A stretch of DNA of 64,000 nt from the human T2T-CHM13v2.0 reference genome, Homo sapiens (GCF_009914755.1 NC_060948.1); one strand, 5' to 3'. Positions 1 to 14,717 are shown, counted from the stretch's first letter. Notes: generated by a model from the sequence alone, not told the origin. Numbers and translations: made by a program.

Positions 1-683
1 TTCAATTTTGGAATAGGTGTGGTGTGGTGTAGTACTGAAAAAAATGTATATTCTGTTGATTTGGGGTGGAGAGTTCTGTAGATGTCTATTAGGTCCGCTT
101 GGTGCAGAGCTGAGTTCGATTCCTGGGCATCCTTGTTAACTTTCTTTCTGATTGATCTGTCTAATGTTGACAGTGGGGTGTTAAAGTCTCCCATTATTAT
201 TGTGTGGGAGTCTAAGTCTCTTTGTAGGTCACTCAGGACTTGCTTTATAAATCTGGGTGCTCCTGTATTGGGTGCATATATATTTAGGATAGTTAGCTCT
301 TCTTGTTGAATTGATACCTTTACCATTCTGTAATGGCCTTCTTTGTCTCTTTTGATCTTTGTTGGTTTAAAGTCTGTTTTATCAGAGACTAGGATTGCAA
401 CCTCTGCCTTTTTTTGTTTTCAATCTGCTTGGTAGATCTTCCTCCATCCTTTTATTTGGAGCCTATGTGTTTCTCTGCATGGGAGATGGGTTTCCTGAAT
501 ACAGCACACTGATGGATGTTGACTCTTTAACCAATTTGCCAGTCTGTGTCTTTTAATTGGAGCATTTAGTCCATTTATATTTAAAGTTAATATTGTTATG
601 TGTGAATTTGATCCTATCATTATGATGTTAGCTGGTTATTTTACTCATTAGTTGATGCAGTTTCTTCCTAGTCTCGATGGCCT

Positions 684-1697
684 TTACATTTTGGCTTGAT
701 TTTGTAGTGGCTGGTACCGGTTCCTTTCCATGTTTAGTGCTTCTTTCAGGAGCTCTTTTAGGGCAGGCCTGGTGGTGACAAAATCTCTCAGCATTTGCTT
801 GTCTGTAAAGTATTTTATTTCTCCTTTACTTATGAAGCTTAGTTTGCCTGGATATGAAATTCTGGGATGACAATTCTTTTCTTTAGGAATGTCGAATATT
901 GGCCCCCACTCTCTTCTGGCTTGTAGAGTTTCTGCTGAGAGATCCGCTGTTGGTCTGATGGGCTTCCCTTTGTGGGTAACCCGACCTTTCTCTCTGGCTG
1001 CCCTTAACATTTTTTCCTTCATTTCAACTTTGGTGAATCTGACAATTATGTGTCTTGGAGTTGCTCTTCTCGAGGAGTATCTTTGTGGCATTCTCTGTAT
1101 TTCCTGAATCTGAGTGTTGGCCTGCCTTGCTAGATTGGGGAAGTTCTCCTGGATAATGCCCTGCAGAGTGTTTTCCACCTCGGTTCCATTCTCCCTGTCA
1201 CTTTCAGGTACACCAAGCAGACATAGATTTGGTCTTTTCACATAGTCCCATATTTCTTGGAGGCTTTGTTCATTTCTTTTTATTCTTTTTTCTCTAAACT
1301 TCCCTTCTTGCTTCATTTCATTCATTTCATCTTCCATCACTGATACCCTTTCTTCCAGTTGATTGCATCAGCTCCTGAGGCTTCTGCATTCTTCACGTAG
1401 TTCTCGAGTCTTGGCTTTCAGCTCCATCAGCTCCTTTAAGCACTTCTCTCTATTGATTATTCTAGTTATACATTCATCTAGATTTTTTTCAAAATTTTCA
1501 ACTTCTTTGCCTTTGGTTTGAATTTCCTCCTGTGGATTGTAGTAGATTGATCGTCTGAAGCCTTCTTCTCTCAACTTATCAAAGTCATTCTCCATCCAGC
1601 TTTGTTCCGTTGCTGGTGAGGAACTGTGTTCCTTTGGAGGAGGAGAGGCACTCTGCTTTTTAGAGCTTCCAGTTTTTCTGCTCTGTTTTTTCCCCAT
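684..1697 (-). pseudogene. L1 ORF1 interrupted by an in-frame stop at 1368-1370
   Basis: ORF track 1368..1697 and 684..1340 are the same-frame halves of ORF1p. Confidence 0.92.
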
Positions 1698-2280
1698 CTT
1701 TGTGGTTTTATCTTCTTTTGGTCTTTGATGCTGGTGATGTGCAGATGGGTTTTTGGTGTGGATGTCCTTTCTGTTTGTTAGTTTTCCTTCTAACAGACAG
1801 GACCCTCAGCTGCAGGTCTGTTTGAGTTTGCTAGAGGTCCACTCCAGACCCTGTTTGCCTGGGTATCAGCAGCGGTGTCTGCAGAACAGAGAATTTTCAT
1901 GAACCGTGAATGCTGTTGTCTGATCGTTTCTCCGGAAGTTTTGTCCCAGAGGAGTACCCGGCTGTGTGAGGTGTCAGTCTGTCCCTATTAGGGGGTGCCT
2001 TCCAGTTAGGCTGCTCGGGGGTCAGGGGTCAGGGACCCACTTGAGGAGGCAGTCTGCCCATTCTCAGATCTCCAGCCGCGTGCTGGGAGAACCACTGCTT
2101 TCTTCAAAGCTGTCAGGCAGGTACATTTAAGTCTGCAGAGGTTACTGCTGTCTTTTTGTTTGTCTGTGCCCTGCCCCCAGAGGTGGAACCTACAGAGGCA
2201 GGCAGGCCTCCTTGAGCTGTGGTGGGCTCCACCCAGTTCGAGTTTCCCAGCTGCTTTGTTTACCTAAGCAAGCCCGGGCA

Positions 2281-2500
2281 ATGGCGGGCCCCCCTCCCCC
2301 AGCCGCACTGCTGCCATGCAGTTTGAGCTCAGACTGCTGTGCTAGCATCAGCAAGACTCTGTGGGCGTAGGACCCTCTGAGCCAGGTGTGGGATATAGTC
2401 TCCTTGTGCGCCATTTCCTAAGCCCATTGGAAAAGCGCAGTATTCGGGTGGGAGTGACCCGATTTTCCAGGTGCCGTCTGTCACCACTTTCCTTGACCAG
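2281..2500 (+). pseudogene. L1 ORF0 / antisense-promoter region, frameshifted
   Basis: The ATG at 2281 gives MAGPPPPAALLPCSLSSDCCAS, then a 1-nt loss leads to TAG at 2368. The rest of ORF0 (VGVGPSEPGVGYSLLVRHFLS...RVGVTRFSRC) lies in the 2361 frame. Confidence 0.8.
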
Positions 2501-2736
2501 GAAAGGGAACTCCCTGACCACTTGTGCTTCCCAAGTGAGGCAATGCCTCGCCTTGCTTCAGCTCGTGCATGTTGCGCTGCACCCACTGTCCTGCACCCAC
2601 TGTCTGGCACTCCCTAGTGACATGAACCTGGTACCTCAGATGGAAATGGAGAAATCACCCATCTTCTGCGTCACTCATGCTGGGAGCTGTAGGCCAGAGC
2701 TGTTCCTCTTCGGCTGTCTTGACTCCCCCCCCCACC

Positions 2737-2873
2737 TTTTTTTTTCTTTTGAGAAGGAGTCTCGCTCTGTCACCCAGGCTGGAGTGCAGTGGCTCAATCT
2801 CCACTGACTGCAAGCTCTGCCTCCTGGGTTCAGGCCATGCTCCTGCCTCAGCCTCCCGAGTTGCTGGGACTAC
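2737..2873 (-). mobile_element. Alu 3' fragment (right arm only) abutting the L1 5' end
   Basis: Poly-T, then gagtctcgctctgtcacccaggctggagtgcagtgg...gctgggactac, ending abruptly. Confidence 0.88.
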
Positions 2874-3413
2874 CTGTAAATTTAATTTGTATCTTTGTTT
2901 TCAAAAAGGATCTACAGATGGTGTTTTCTTTCAGTTTGTGCATGAGAAATTTTACCTACAGTTATATCTGAAGTATACTTGGACTGGACAACTTTCTTCC
3001 TTGTATAAGTATTACTTTATTTTACTATGGTACTAGCCCATTTGTTCCTGTTTTCTGTTTATGGTAGAATGGCCAGGTTTTGCCATTGCGTGGTACATAG
3101 TGCCCCCTGCCCTTCCTCCCAAAAAACACACACACTCACACAGAGTTTATTTTTCTCAGAATTATATAGACATTGCTTTGTTAGCTTCATACACTAAGTT
3201 TAGTAGGGAGACATTTGGTAGCAATCATATTTTCTTTCCCATAATCAGTTTGCCTTTTTTACCTGGATGCCTGAAAAATGATAGTTTTCCCTTTGGAGTT
3301 CAGAAGCAGAAGATACATTCCAGTGTTGCTTGTTCTTTTCAGTTATTCCTAGAACATAACCTGCCCTTTGTTTATTTGTTTATAGTTTTTTCTGTTTAAT
3401 TCCTTGATAGTTC

Positions 3414-3652
<239 letters not shown>

Positions 3653-6211
3653 TGATATTTCTAGTTTATTTCTTAACTTTATGGTTTTTTTTTCATATTT
3701 TACATTTTTGTTTTTAACTCTCTTCTATCCCCTTTCATCTCATTTCATTGTCTTACTATCTTGTCTTCATGCTCTTATATATAATTGTACTAGCAGGAAA
3801 TAGAACATGGACCACATATATATCTCTTGTCACACATGTTTTTATTTACCATAAAATTGATGGGTATTACACACATACTGATTTGAATAAGTCCTTTTCC
3901 AATATTTTCACATTCCTCTTAAGTCTCTAAACAATTAACTTTTATTATTACATGAAATTTTACATGCTTAATGATCATACTTTTATGACACTTAAATTAT
4001 CTTTGTTCACAGGATTTCCTACTGGAGACCAATTTATACATTTTCTTTATATTTAGAGTATTAATATTCACACAGCATTTTCTCTGACCTGTGCATATTT
4101 CTCTCCTTATTCCATTCAGTTAGTAAATTCTCATTAAACTATGATTAATGACCTAGAGAGAGACCTTGTGTACACATATCGTATGTTCTCTAATTTATAT
4201 CCTGACAAATAATATTTGTTAACCTAATCCAAGAGAATTATGGAAGATAATAGACAGCATCAAAATTTGCCTTTGATACAAATAAACAAAGAACAGTTAA
4301 ATAAAGCTCCTCTGTAAGATTCCTGTAGCAAATCCACACTACTCTAAGATGAACTTCATTTAATTATGTGTTGCAATTTCTTAGATGCAGATTCCAGTGC
4401 TTAATCTGGAAATAGTAGGTTGGATTCTAGTGGCTGGACACACCGTAGAAAAATGTAGAGAATACCTTCTGTCTTTGGATCTCTTAAAAATTTTGTCAGT
4501 ATGCCAGAAGAAATTTGAAATGTTCAAGGGTAAACTTGTAACAGTGGAAAAAAGACACAAATTACTTAACTCTTATTGAGTATGTATTGGGGGCCAACTA
4601 TGCACAATAGTCTCTAGATCTTTGTGTGTGTTACTTCATATAATATTCATAATGTAACCTGTATTATTTCAAGATTATATACCTGTCCATAAACCTTGAG
4701 TGCAAAGATGAATATATTTGTTTCTATGATCCCCAAAATAATCATAAAAAACATTTTTGAATTCTTACCAAAAAGGAAAAAAATGAATATCCATACAAAA
4801 CAACTCTCATATCGACTAGAAGATCTAAATTGTTGGGCTAATTATGATCATTCTCCTTTTCTGGTCATTGGGAACACATGCTTCATAACTGTTCTAGCTC
4901 ACTGTCTTTGTTTATTATTTGTATTTACGTCTGCCCCAGTAGTTCAGTAAGTAATGAAGATAAGGAAGCACGGCTTCTGTTTTCCTGTCTCTCAAAGTTC
5001 AAGAGTGTGGCAGTTGGCATATAGATAATTAGAATAACATATGAATAGAGGATCCAAACTTTATCTGACTCTTGACTCATGCTCTTTTTTCGTAGGTGAA
5101 GAATTATGAACTGAGTTGATTTCATTATATATGATGCAAACTAAGTCTTTGTGATTTCCAAGTTACCAAGCAGGAAACAAATATTTCTACTTGGAAATCT
5201 CAGCCCTGAGGCAGTGGCCAGTGATTTTGGTAACTAAGTATTTTCTTTCAGTGCGTATAATGTGTACGTTTTGTTGAAAGAAGAAAGTTGGCAAATACTA
5301 CACAATTGTCACAAATCTGTTAGCATATTTCTTTGATTACTTAGATTTGAAACTAAATTTAGAACTTCAAAACTCAGTGAAGTAAAACACATCTAACAGC
5401 TAACAGAAAAATGAACTGTAAAAGAGAGTACGAGAAAAAGCCTTGAGAATTGATGATGCTTTAAATGCTTGTAAAGTTTCTTTTTAATTACTTAGCTGCA
5501 AATTTGTCATAACTCAATAATGACACCATGACTTTTCTTCTAAGCTTTAAAGTTCTTAAATTGAAAAGTAATTTTAGGACAGCCAATTCATGTTATTTTC
5601 ACATTTTATAAATGATTAATAACTAACAAACATCTTTATCTTATACCTACAATTGCAATTCAAAACTTGAAATTATACTTTTTCTAGCTAGTATTTCTAC
5701 CATTTTCCTTTTGTTAATTAATCTAAGAAAAGAACAGGCATTTAATTGTATTTAACTTGTAATGAAGTACTGTTGCTTTGTCATCCATTAAATTTGCAAT
5801 ATCAGAAAGATTATTGTCACTACCAAACAATAGTATTTGGTGCTGCACACATTCTCATAGTATAAAAACTTTCTGTCCATTTTATTTATTTTTTTAATTC
5901 TGGTAAAATGCAAATAATATAACATTTGCTGTCTTAACTCTTACATATATTTTAATTCAACATTGTTTGGGAAAAAGAACCATGTGAGACTGTGGAGAAT
6001 AATTTACGTTGAAATTGTAGTTATCCTGGGATTACTCAGATATTCCCTTGTGAAGTTATGTTTTGAGTCTTCAGTGGCATTTCCAGTCATCATCAACATG
6101 AGAATCATAGACTAAAATTAGTGAACTAGCTATCTTTTTGGAAAAGAGTTAGAAACATTTGTCCTCCCAATCTCCCACCTCCCATTAGAGACTTTGATAA
6201 TGGTGAGGTGG

Positions 6212-6590
<379 letters not shown>

Positions 6591-8450
6591 TTGTTTTGTT
6601 GTTTAATTAATATACCTCTACCATTGTGTGAAATACTCTGGTTAATATCGCAAATCTTTCACCATGTCTTTCCTAGATAACCCCCTGTCTCCAGGGTACC
6701 TAGGTGCCACCAGACACCTATCTGACTAAAGAGTCATGCTCATTTAGCAGTGAGGAGTAGCTGGCAGCATGCTGCCAGGTTTAGTAAGTGTAACCTGGTG
6801 GTAGGGAGTTATATTCAACTACTGTTGAGAAGCAGCAGCAATACATGGGCAGGACTTACCAGGTGTTTTCCAGGTGTTGCCAAGGCATTACCAGGCAATG
6901 GTAGGGATGACCCAGTGTTACCCAGGTGTCATGATGGTGCAGAGCCATATTTAGTCATCAGGGAGGAGCAGCAGGCAGCACACAGGCGAGTGTTCCCAGG
7001 TATCGTCCAGGTGTCACCCAGGTGTTTCCAGATGTTACCAGTAATGAGCCCTGGTTAGGGATCACTGTGGAGCATCATGCAGAATGCTGGTAGTGAGCTG
7101 CATGATGTTCCTATTCTCCCCCTGGACTTGTGTTCACCAAAGCCACCACATTTATTTCTTATATTCCTAAACCTGTTGTGACATCACATAAACAGAAATT
7201 GTCCTCCTTGCTCATCTTCCACTTCCAAAGTTGGGGAACCATGGCATTTGCATTGGTTCAGGTAGCCTGAATTGTTGTCACAAATGGAGCTTGACATGTA
7301 CAATTGTTCAAAACATGCATACTTGCTTTTTTGCCCATGGAGCACTTTAAGGCACAATTCCCGGCAGGGTGCTGTCTTCCTCCATGTGGGCAGACAGTAT
7401 CCTGGCATCTCTCCTCTTGTGGCCCCACCAGTCTCTACAGCTGTGGCACCACCCACATCTTGCTAATAAGAACATGGGGGTGCCACCCCCTACCACCTGC
7501 AAGCCTTGGTCCACAGTGGCACAGAAGTTTGCTGATTACATTCCATTCATGACAACATGGCCACCCCTAGGTAGAAGAAAGGCAGTGAAATTTAACCTGG
7601 CTGTGCACAGATGTTCCACATGAAAATGCATTTTGATAGGAGAAAATGCCTCTTTGATGGGATAAAAGAAAGCAAACACATCTATTTTGTCAAACATTCA
7701 AGAAGACTTCATGTGTCTTTAATGGAATAGTAGTTATCATGGAAAGCGTCTCCCATAAGGATAAAAGGAGGCTTGGGGTAAAAGTTAAAGTTATGGTGTT
7801 CATCTTTTCTGCTATCTTCTATAAAACAAAAAGGTAGTTAAGGTTAGGGCTGGGGCTTGTGGAGCTGTCTTGACTGTTGTCTTCCTTAAAGAAAAAAGAG
7901 GGCAAGAGCACAGAGAGCATCCTTCCTCTTTCTTTCCCTGGGTGGGGCAGCTTTTAGAAGTCTCAGCAACTCCTCCATTCCATGGCAGAAAGAAGCCATT
8001 ATCTTCTGATTGCAGGGATAACCAAATGCTTTTTCCAACCATTTTTTCCTAATGAAAAAGAGGCATTTGAAAAATGGCTCTTTGACATTACTAACACTTT
8101 TTAAATAATACATTCCTCTAATAAGTCCAGGGCACGCTATTCTCACTAATGGTTGATAGATTCTGGGCTCAACCAAAATGTCCTCAGCAAGATGCTGTTC
8201 AAATCCCAACTATTTTACAGATAACATAGGTGTGGGCTGATTTTTAAACCAGATTCACATTCTTTTACTGCACAACTGATTGACAATTTCATATTCACAA
8301 TAAAGACTGGAAATTATTGAAATATGTTCAATTAGGAGGCCTAGACAACTGTACTATATAATACCAACAAATATGTTACCATTGTGAGAACTGTAAAGTT
8401 TTACAGAACTACTGTTATTTTGATGAATATTAATATATATGAAAAAATAA

Positions 8451-8844
<394 letters not shown>

Positions 8845-9152
8845 TTATTTATAATCAGTTTTTTTGACAAACATCTTGGAACCAAGGTGGAATATGTGAT
8901 CTGTGAATGTGAGTGCATATACACAGTGTGTGTGTGTTGCATACAACATAAAATAACCACTCATGGATTATATTCCTTTGAGGAATCAGCATAAATTGTC
9001 ACTTTGATAGGAGAAAACCAATATATGTATTTTGTCAAACATTCAAGCAAAAGCTTGATGGGAAAAAAATGTATAACTTCCTTTCAGATGCCTTGGAAAT
9101 CAGACTTTGTGTCTTTAATGGAATATTTTTAAAAAATTCTTTTTTGACTTAG

Positions 9153-9375
9153 CCTCTTTTCCCCAAGGAGAACTATGAATGCTTTACCAGTTGTGAGTTC
9201 CTCAAATACACCCTGTTGGTGAAGCAGGGGGACTGTCCAGCTCCTGAGAAAGCCAGTGGATTTGCGGCCGCCTGCGTTGAAAGCTGCGAAGTTGACAGTG
9301 AGTGCTCTGGGGTAAAGAAATGTTCTTTGAATGGGTGTGGACCCACCTATCAAGTACCCAAGACTCTGTACAAAG
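9153..9375 (+). pseudogene. ANOS2P: Exon 4 homolog (WAP domain); donor GT>AT
   Basis: Acceptor ttag at 9149-9152. Translates [74 protein letters not shown]. Length is 223 bp, followed by ataagg instead of GT. Confidence 0.93.
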
Positions 9376-9945
9376 ATAAGGGGCATTACTGGGGGTGTGA
9401 AGAGACATGCAGTGCCACAGAAATCTGTGTGTGCCTAGGGAAGGGTGTCCATTGTAAGTGTGAAAAGTCCACAAAACATAAAATCTTAAGAAAATGTATT
9501 TTATATCATATACAGACATCTTAACATATTCATGGACCCATAAATATTAGCCATATTAACTGGACTTGGGGTAAAGCAAGTCATTCATATTAATTCTTTT
9601 TAATTTGACATATGCGATGGACAGCAACAATTCAGGAAGGTTTTTGTCTTTATTTGTCTTTTCTCTAGTCAGACTGATTCAAGTAAGCTCTACTGGGTAC
9701 ATTGGAGTAATAAATTGATTGAAATCCCTGGAAAATAGGCTGGGAGATACACACTTGAAAAATACACTATAAATATAATGGTGTTGTGCTTTTTCTGCTG
9801 ACAGAATCCAAGAACACTAGTGTCATTGTACAGATCTTAAATATTTTGATTAGTACCTTGAGATTCTAGACAATGGAGTTCAATTTATCAAACAGCTTAG
9901 CAGATGCAATAGTTTATATTCAAAAGCCATTTCTAGAGCACTTAG

Positions 9946-10298
<353 letters not shown>

Positions 10299-10306
10299 TA
10301 ACCTCT

Positions 10307-10477
10307 TTTTTTTTCTAGTTGAGATGGTGTCTTGCTGTGTCTCTCAGGCTAGAGTGCAGTGTGCAGTGGCACAGCCTCAGCCCACTGCAGCCTCCCCATC
10401 CCAGGTTCCAGAGATTCTCCTGCCTCAGCCTGCCAAGTAGCTGGGACTACAGGCATGCCCCACCATACCCGGGTAAG

Positions 10478-10516
<39 letters not shown>

Positions 10517-10664
10517 GTTTTTGTTTTTTTTGTTTTTTTTTTTCAGTAGAGATGGATTTCACAATGTTAGCCAGGCTTGTCTTGAACTCCTGACCTCAAG
10601 TGATCTGCCCGCCTCAGCCTCCCGAAGTACTGGGATTACAGGTGTGAGCCACCACATCTAGCCA
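10307..10664 (-). mobile_element. Alu with (TG)16 microsatellite in the central linker
   Basis: Dimeric Alu with a (TG)n tract at 10481-10512. Confidence 0.92.
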
Positions 10665-10790
10665 GGACTAAGGTCTTTTAAAAGCCAAGCTGATTCCATT
10701 GTATTATGTATAGTTTGAGATACAATCAAAATACACTATGTCATATAACGTTTTGTTAATTTTTTGGGTCTCATAAAGAGTAATATAGAG

Positions 10791-11321
10791 CAGCAGTCCC
10801 CAGCCTCTTTGGCAACAGGGACTGGTTTCTTGGAAGACAATTTTACCTTGATCGGGAGAGGGGGCAGGGGATGGTTTGGGATGATTGAAACACATTACAT
10901 TTATTGTCCATTTTATTTCTATTATTATTACCTTGTAATATGTAATAAAATAATTATACAACTCACCGTAATATAGAATCAATGGGGGCCCTGAGCTTGT
11001 TTTCCTGCAACTAGATGGTCCTATCTGGGGGTGATGGGAGACCATGATAAATCATCAGGTATTAGATTCTCATAAAGAGCACACAACCTAGATCCCTCAC
11101 ATGTGCAGTTCACAATAGAGTTTCCGCTTCTGTAAGAATCTAAAGCTACTGATGATCTGACAGGAGGTTCATGTGGTAATGTGAGTGATGAGAAGAGGCT
11201 GTAAATATGGATGAAGCTTTGTTCACTCACCCACCACTCATCTCCTGCTATGTGGACTTGTTCCTAACAGACCACAGACTGTTAGACCACTACTCAGAGG
11301 CCCAGGGGCCGGGGACCCCTA
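10791..11321. mobile_element. MER1A-type hAT/Charlie DNA transposon
   Basis: Termini cagcagtcccc... and ...ggggacccct; about 530 bp; 8-bp TSD ATATAGAG at 10783-10790 and 11322-11329. Confidence 0.88.
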
Positions 11322-13000
11322 ATATAGAGTCAGTCAGCAGGCAGTATTCATTAAAGTACAGAGATTAATAGATGCCTTTCCCTCTTTGTGTCTTTCACAC
11401 ACATATGCCAAATCCATATTGTTTCTAAATACTGGTAGTCTTTTAAAAAATGTGTGTAAAGCAGTATTCATCAATACCAGCTTTGAGTTATGTGCTGACT
11501 GCCTATTTTTGGAAGTCCGTGTTACTCTAACACTCATTCACATCTCTTAGAAGTTAGGTATTTATCCCATCTTCTTTTAGCTCTCACTTGGGAATATTCT
11601 TCTCTGAAATCTATGTAATTCATCCAGTGTTTTTTCTTTATTATTGGAAACATGCCATAAGTAGTGTGTCTCACATTCTAAATAATCGCTGCTTTTCTCT
11701 TCTTACCAAGTAATATTTCTTTAATAGTTTTAAAGTTTTATTGTGTTCATGCCTCTTTCTTTAAACTACAGCAAATCACTTTTGCAAAATTTAAAACCAT
11801 CTAACTTCTAAAGCATCTGTCATTATGAAATCTTATTTGTCATTAAAGATTATGCTATGTATGAGTAGCATTCACCATAAAAATAGGATGCTTTTGGAAT
11901 GGTCTTTTTAAAACCAGTTGTAAAACCTGTAGTGTTTTAAAGAGATAATATAAATTAAAATATGCATGTTTATAAAAGGATTGAAGAGTTAGTAGGAATT
12001 TCAATTCTGCCTGTTTCACTTGAAAATAAAGGGAATAGTAGAAAGGACCGGAATAAATGATTAAGTATAAAAAGACACTTTCAGTGTAAAACTACATTTA
12101 ACAAAACTGGATGGACTTTTGTTAAAGTACTGAAGTCACTCTTCTACAACAAATTAGCTCTTAGATTTTTGTGGTGAGAGAGAGAGAGATAATCGATGGG
12201 AATCAGCTACAAATAGAATAAACAGACTGTTGACCTGACAATGACTTTTGCTTAATGAAGACCATCAAGTCAATAGATTGTTGTTTTGCAAAAAAGATAT
12301 ATATGTGCAGGTAGATATTTTTCTCTTGCTTTCTTCAGCAGCCCCTCAAGGAAGGCTGGTTTTCATGTCCTAGGACCTTTGACAGTGGCTCTGAATACGT
12401 TAGTTTGTGTAAAACGAGGGCAAATAGAGCCCATAGCAACTCCTTCACCATCTTAGCTAATGAGCCACTTGAAGTCCCTGTTGCCATTCCCAACCTGGAG
12501 TCCAGCTGCTTCTTCACTCTCAGAAGAGGAGAGGAGGTCAGATATCCCCAAGCCCCAGGGAATATGTCCATTCCAACCCATCGCTTGGCTTTGCGAGGTG
12601 AAAACCTGTGCGCAGTCATCACAGAAACCAATCTTGCAATCTTAGGATACTCGTGATCACTGTCTTTCCTACTTCCAAGATGCCTTCTTATTGCTCCAAA
12701 CAAACTAATGTGAAATAAGATTCCCCCTTTCTCTCTGTCTCTGCTAGGTCTGTGTAATTGCTTTCCTTGATAAGAGTGAGAGTCATGGTGTGTTGAGATT
12801 AACTAGTCCTGCTCTCTGTTCACAGCTGCTGAAACTGTTGCAGGCTATGCCTAAGTGATTTTGGTAGTAGGTAGCAGAAATAGATTTAACATCTGTTCTT
12901 ACTTGGGCTAGCTCTCCTGTCATTTTTAGTTTGAATCTATGGAGCCCTAATAAAAACATTCACTGAGCATCATTGCATTATTATATGATAGGCCAACTAA

Positions 13001-13302
13001 GGTCTGGTACAGTGGCTCACCCCTTTAATTCCAGCACTTTGTGAGGCTGAGGCAGTAGTTCAGGAGTAGCCTGAGCAAGATGGCAAGACATTGCCATCTC
13101 TGCAAACATAATAAAATTAAACAGGCATGGTAGCATGTGCCTGTAGTCATAGCTACTTGGCAGGCTGAGATGGAAGGATCACCTGAGCACAGGAATTCAA
13201 GGTTACACTGAGCCATGATCATGCCACTGCACTCTAGTCTGGGCAACAGAGTGAGACCTTGTCCCAAAATATATCTATATCTATTACATATCTGTCTCTC
13301 TA
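13001..13302 (+). mobile_element. Alu (AluJ-like, internal deletion in left arm)
   Basis: Alu homology with a 13-bp TSD ATAGGCCAACTAA at 12988-13000 and 13303-13315. Confidence 0.9.
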
Positions 13303-13596
13303 ATAGGCCAACTAAAAGATTTGTCAATATAGAATATTTTTAATCTAAAAAATTACTACTTTCTGAATCATTTTAGGCTAGTGAATAATGTGGGATTGTT
13401 TTACATTTTAGAGATGAAGTGTATAAAACTAGACACAGAGTGTGCTATATGGAGAACCAAATTCTATGGGACAGATTGAAAACCTGAAGTTCCTTCTTAG
13501 CTTCTCATTCATTAATTAACATGTATTAAAGTGTTGTTGAATAGTGCTGTTTGGAGATTCAAAATAACATTTTCTTAACATTTTCCATGGTTTACA

Positions 13597-13893
13597 TTTG
13601 TTTGTTTGTTTTTTTGAGATGGAGTCTTGCTCTGTCACCCAGACTGGAGTGCAATGGCACAGTCTTGGCTCACTGCAACCTCTGCCTCCTGGGTTCAAGT
13701 GATTCTCTTGCCTTAGCCTTCTGAATAGCTGGGATTACAGGCACACACCACCACACATGGCTAATTTTTTGTATTTTTAGTAGAGATGGGGTTCCACTAT
13801 GTTGGCCAGGCTGGTCTCAAACTCCTGACCTTTTTATCTGCCCACCTCAGCCTCCCAAATTGCTGGGATTGTAGGTGTGAGCCACCATGCCCA
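13597..13893 (-). mobile_element. Alu (AluS-like)
   Basis: Full dimer with a (TTTG)n tail. Confidence 0.92.
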
Positions 13894-14356
13894 CCCACTG
13901 GTTTACTTTTAAAAGGGGCTGCTGTCACATGCATGGAGAAGTATTGGCACATTTCAGTTGAATACATGTTCATGGAGTGCCTACAATTTGCTGTCATCTG
14001 TAATTGGCATTGGGGTGCAAGTATACATGTGACACCAGCCTCCACATGGTCCAGTAGTTTATTACTGAGATTGTCATTAGCACAATACTCTTTAAGTGGG
14101 CAAATTGTTTTCCTAACCTTTAAATATATTGTCATTTACCAACCTCTGTACTGTGTTTACTTTTATTACTTATTGAATTAATATTTAAAAATATTTTTAA
14201 ATTATAAAAACCCATACATACTTTCTGTTTAGTCTGCTGTATTTGTCAAAGGGTAAATGGAAAGTACTGATTTTATAGCTTCAAGAGCTTTATATACTGG
14301 TCTCTTGAGTTTTTAAAAGCAATGAGTGTCTTGAAATGATGATCAACAAAATTTCA

Positions 14357-14717
<361 letters not shown>

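Larger units (their letters stand above)
1..2735 (-). mobile_element. LINE-1 (L1PA3/L1PA4-like), 5' part: full 5'UTR, ORF1, start of ORF2; continues beyond window start
   Basis: ORF1p fragments (MGKKQSRKTG..., KRPNL..., RRATPRHIIVRF) and the ORF2 endonuclease N-terminus (ITILTLNINGLN) on the minus strand. The 5'UTR is about 1.04 kb. Confidence 0.96.
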
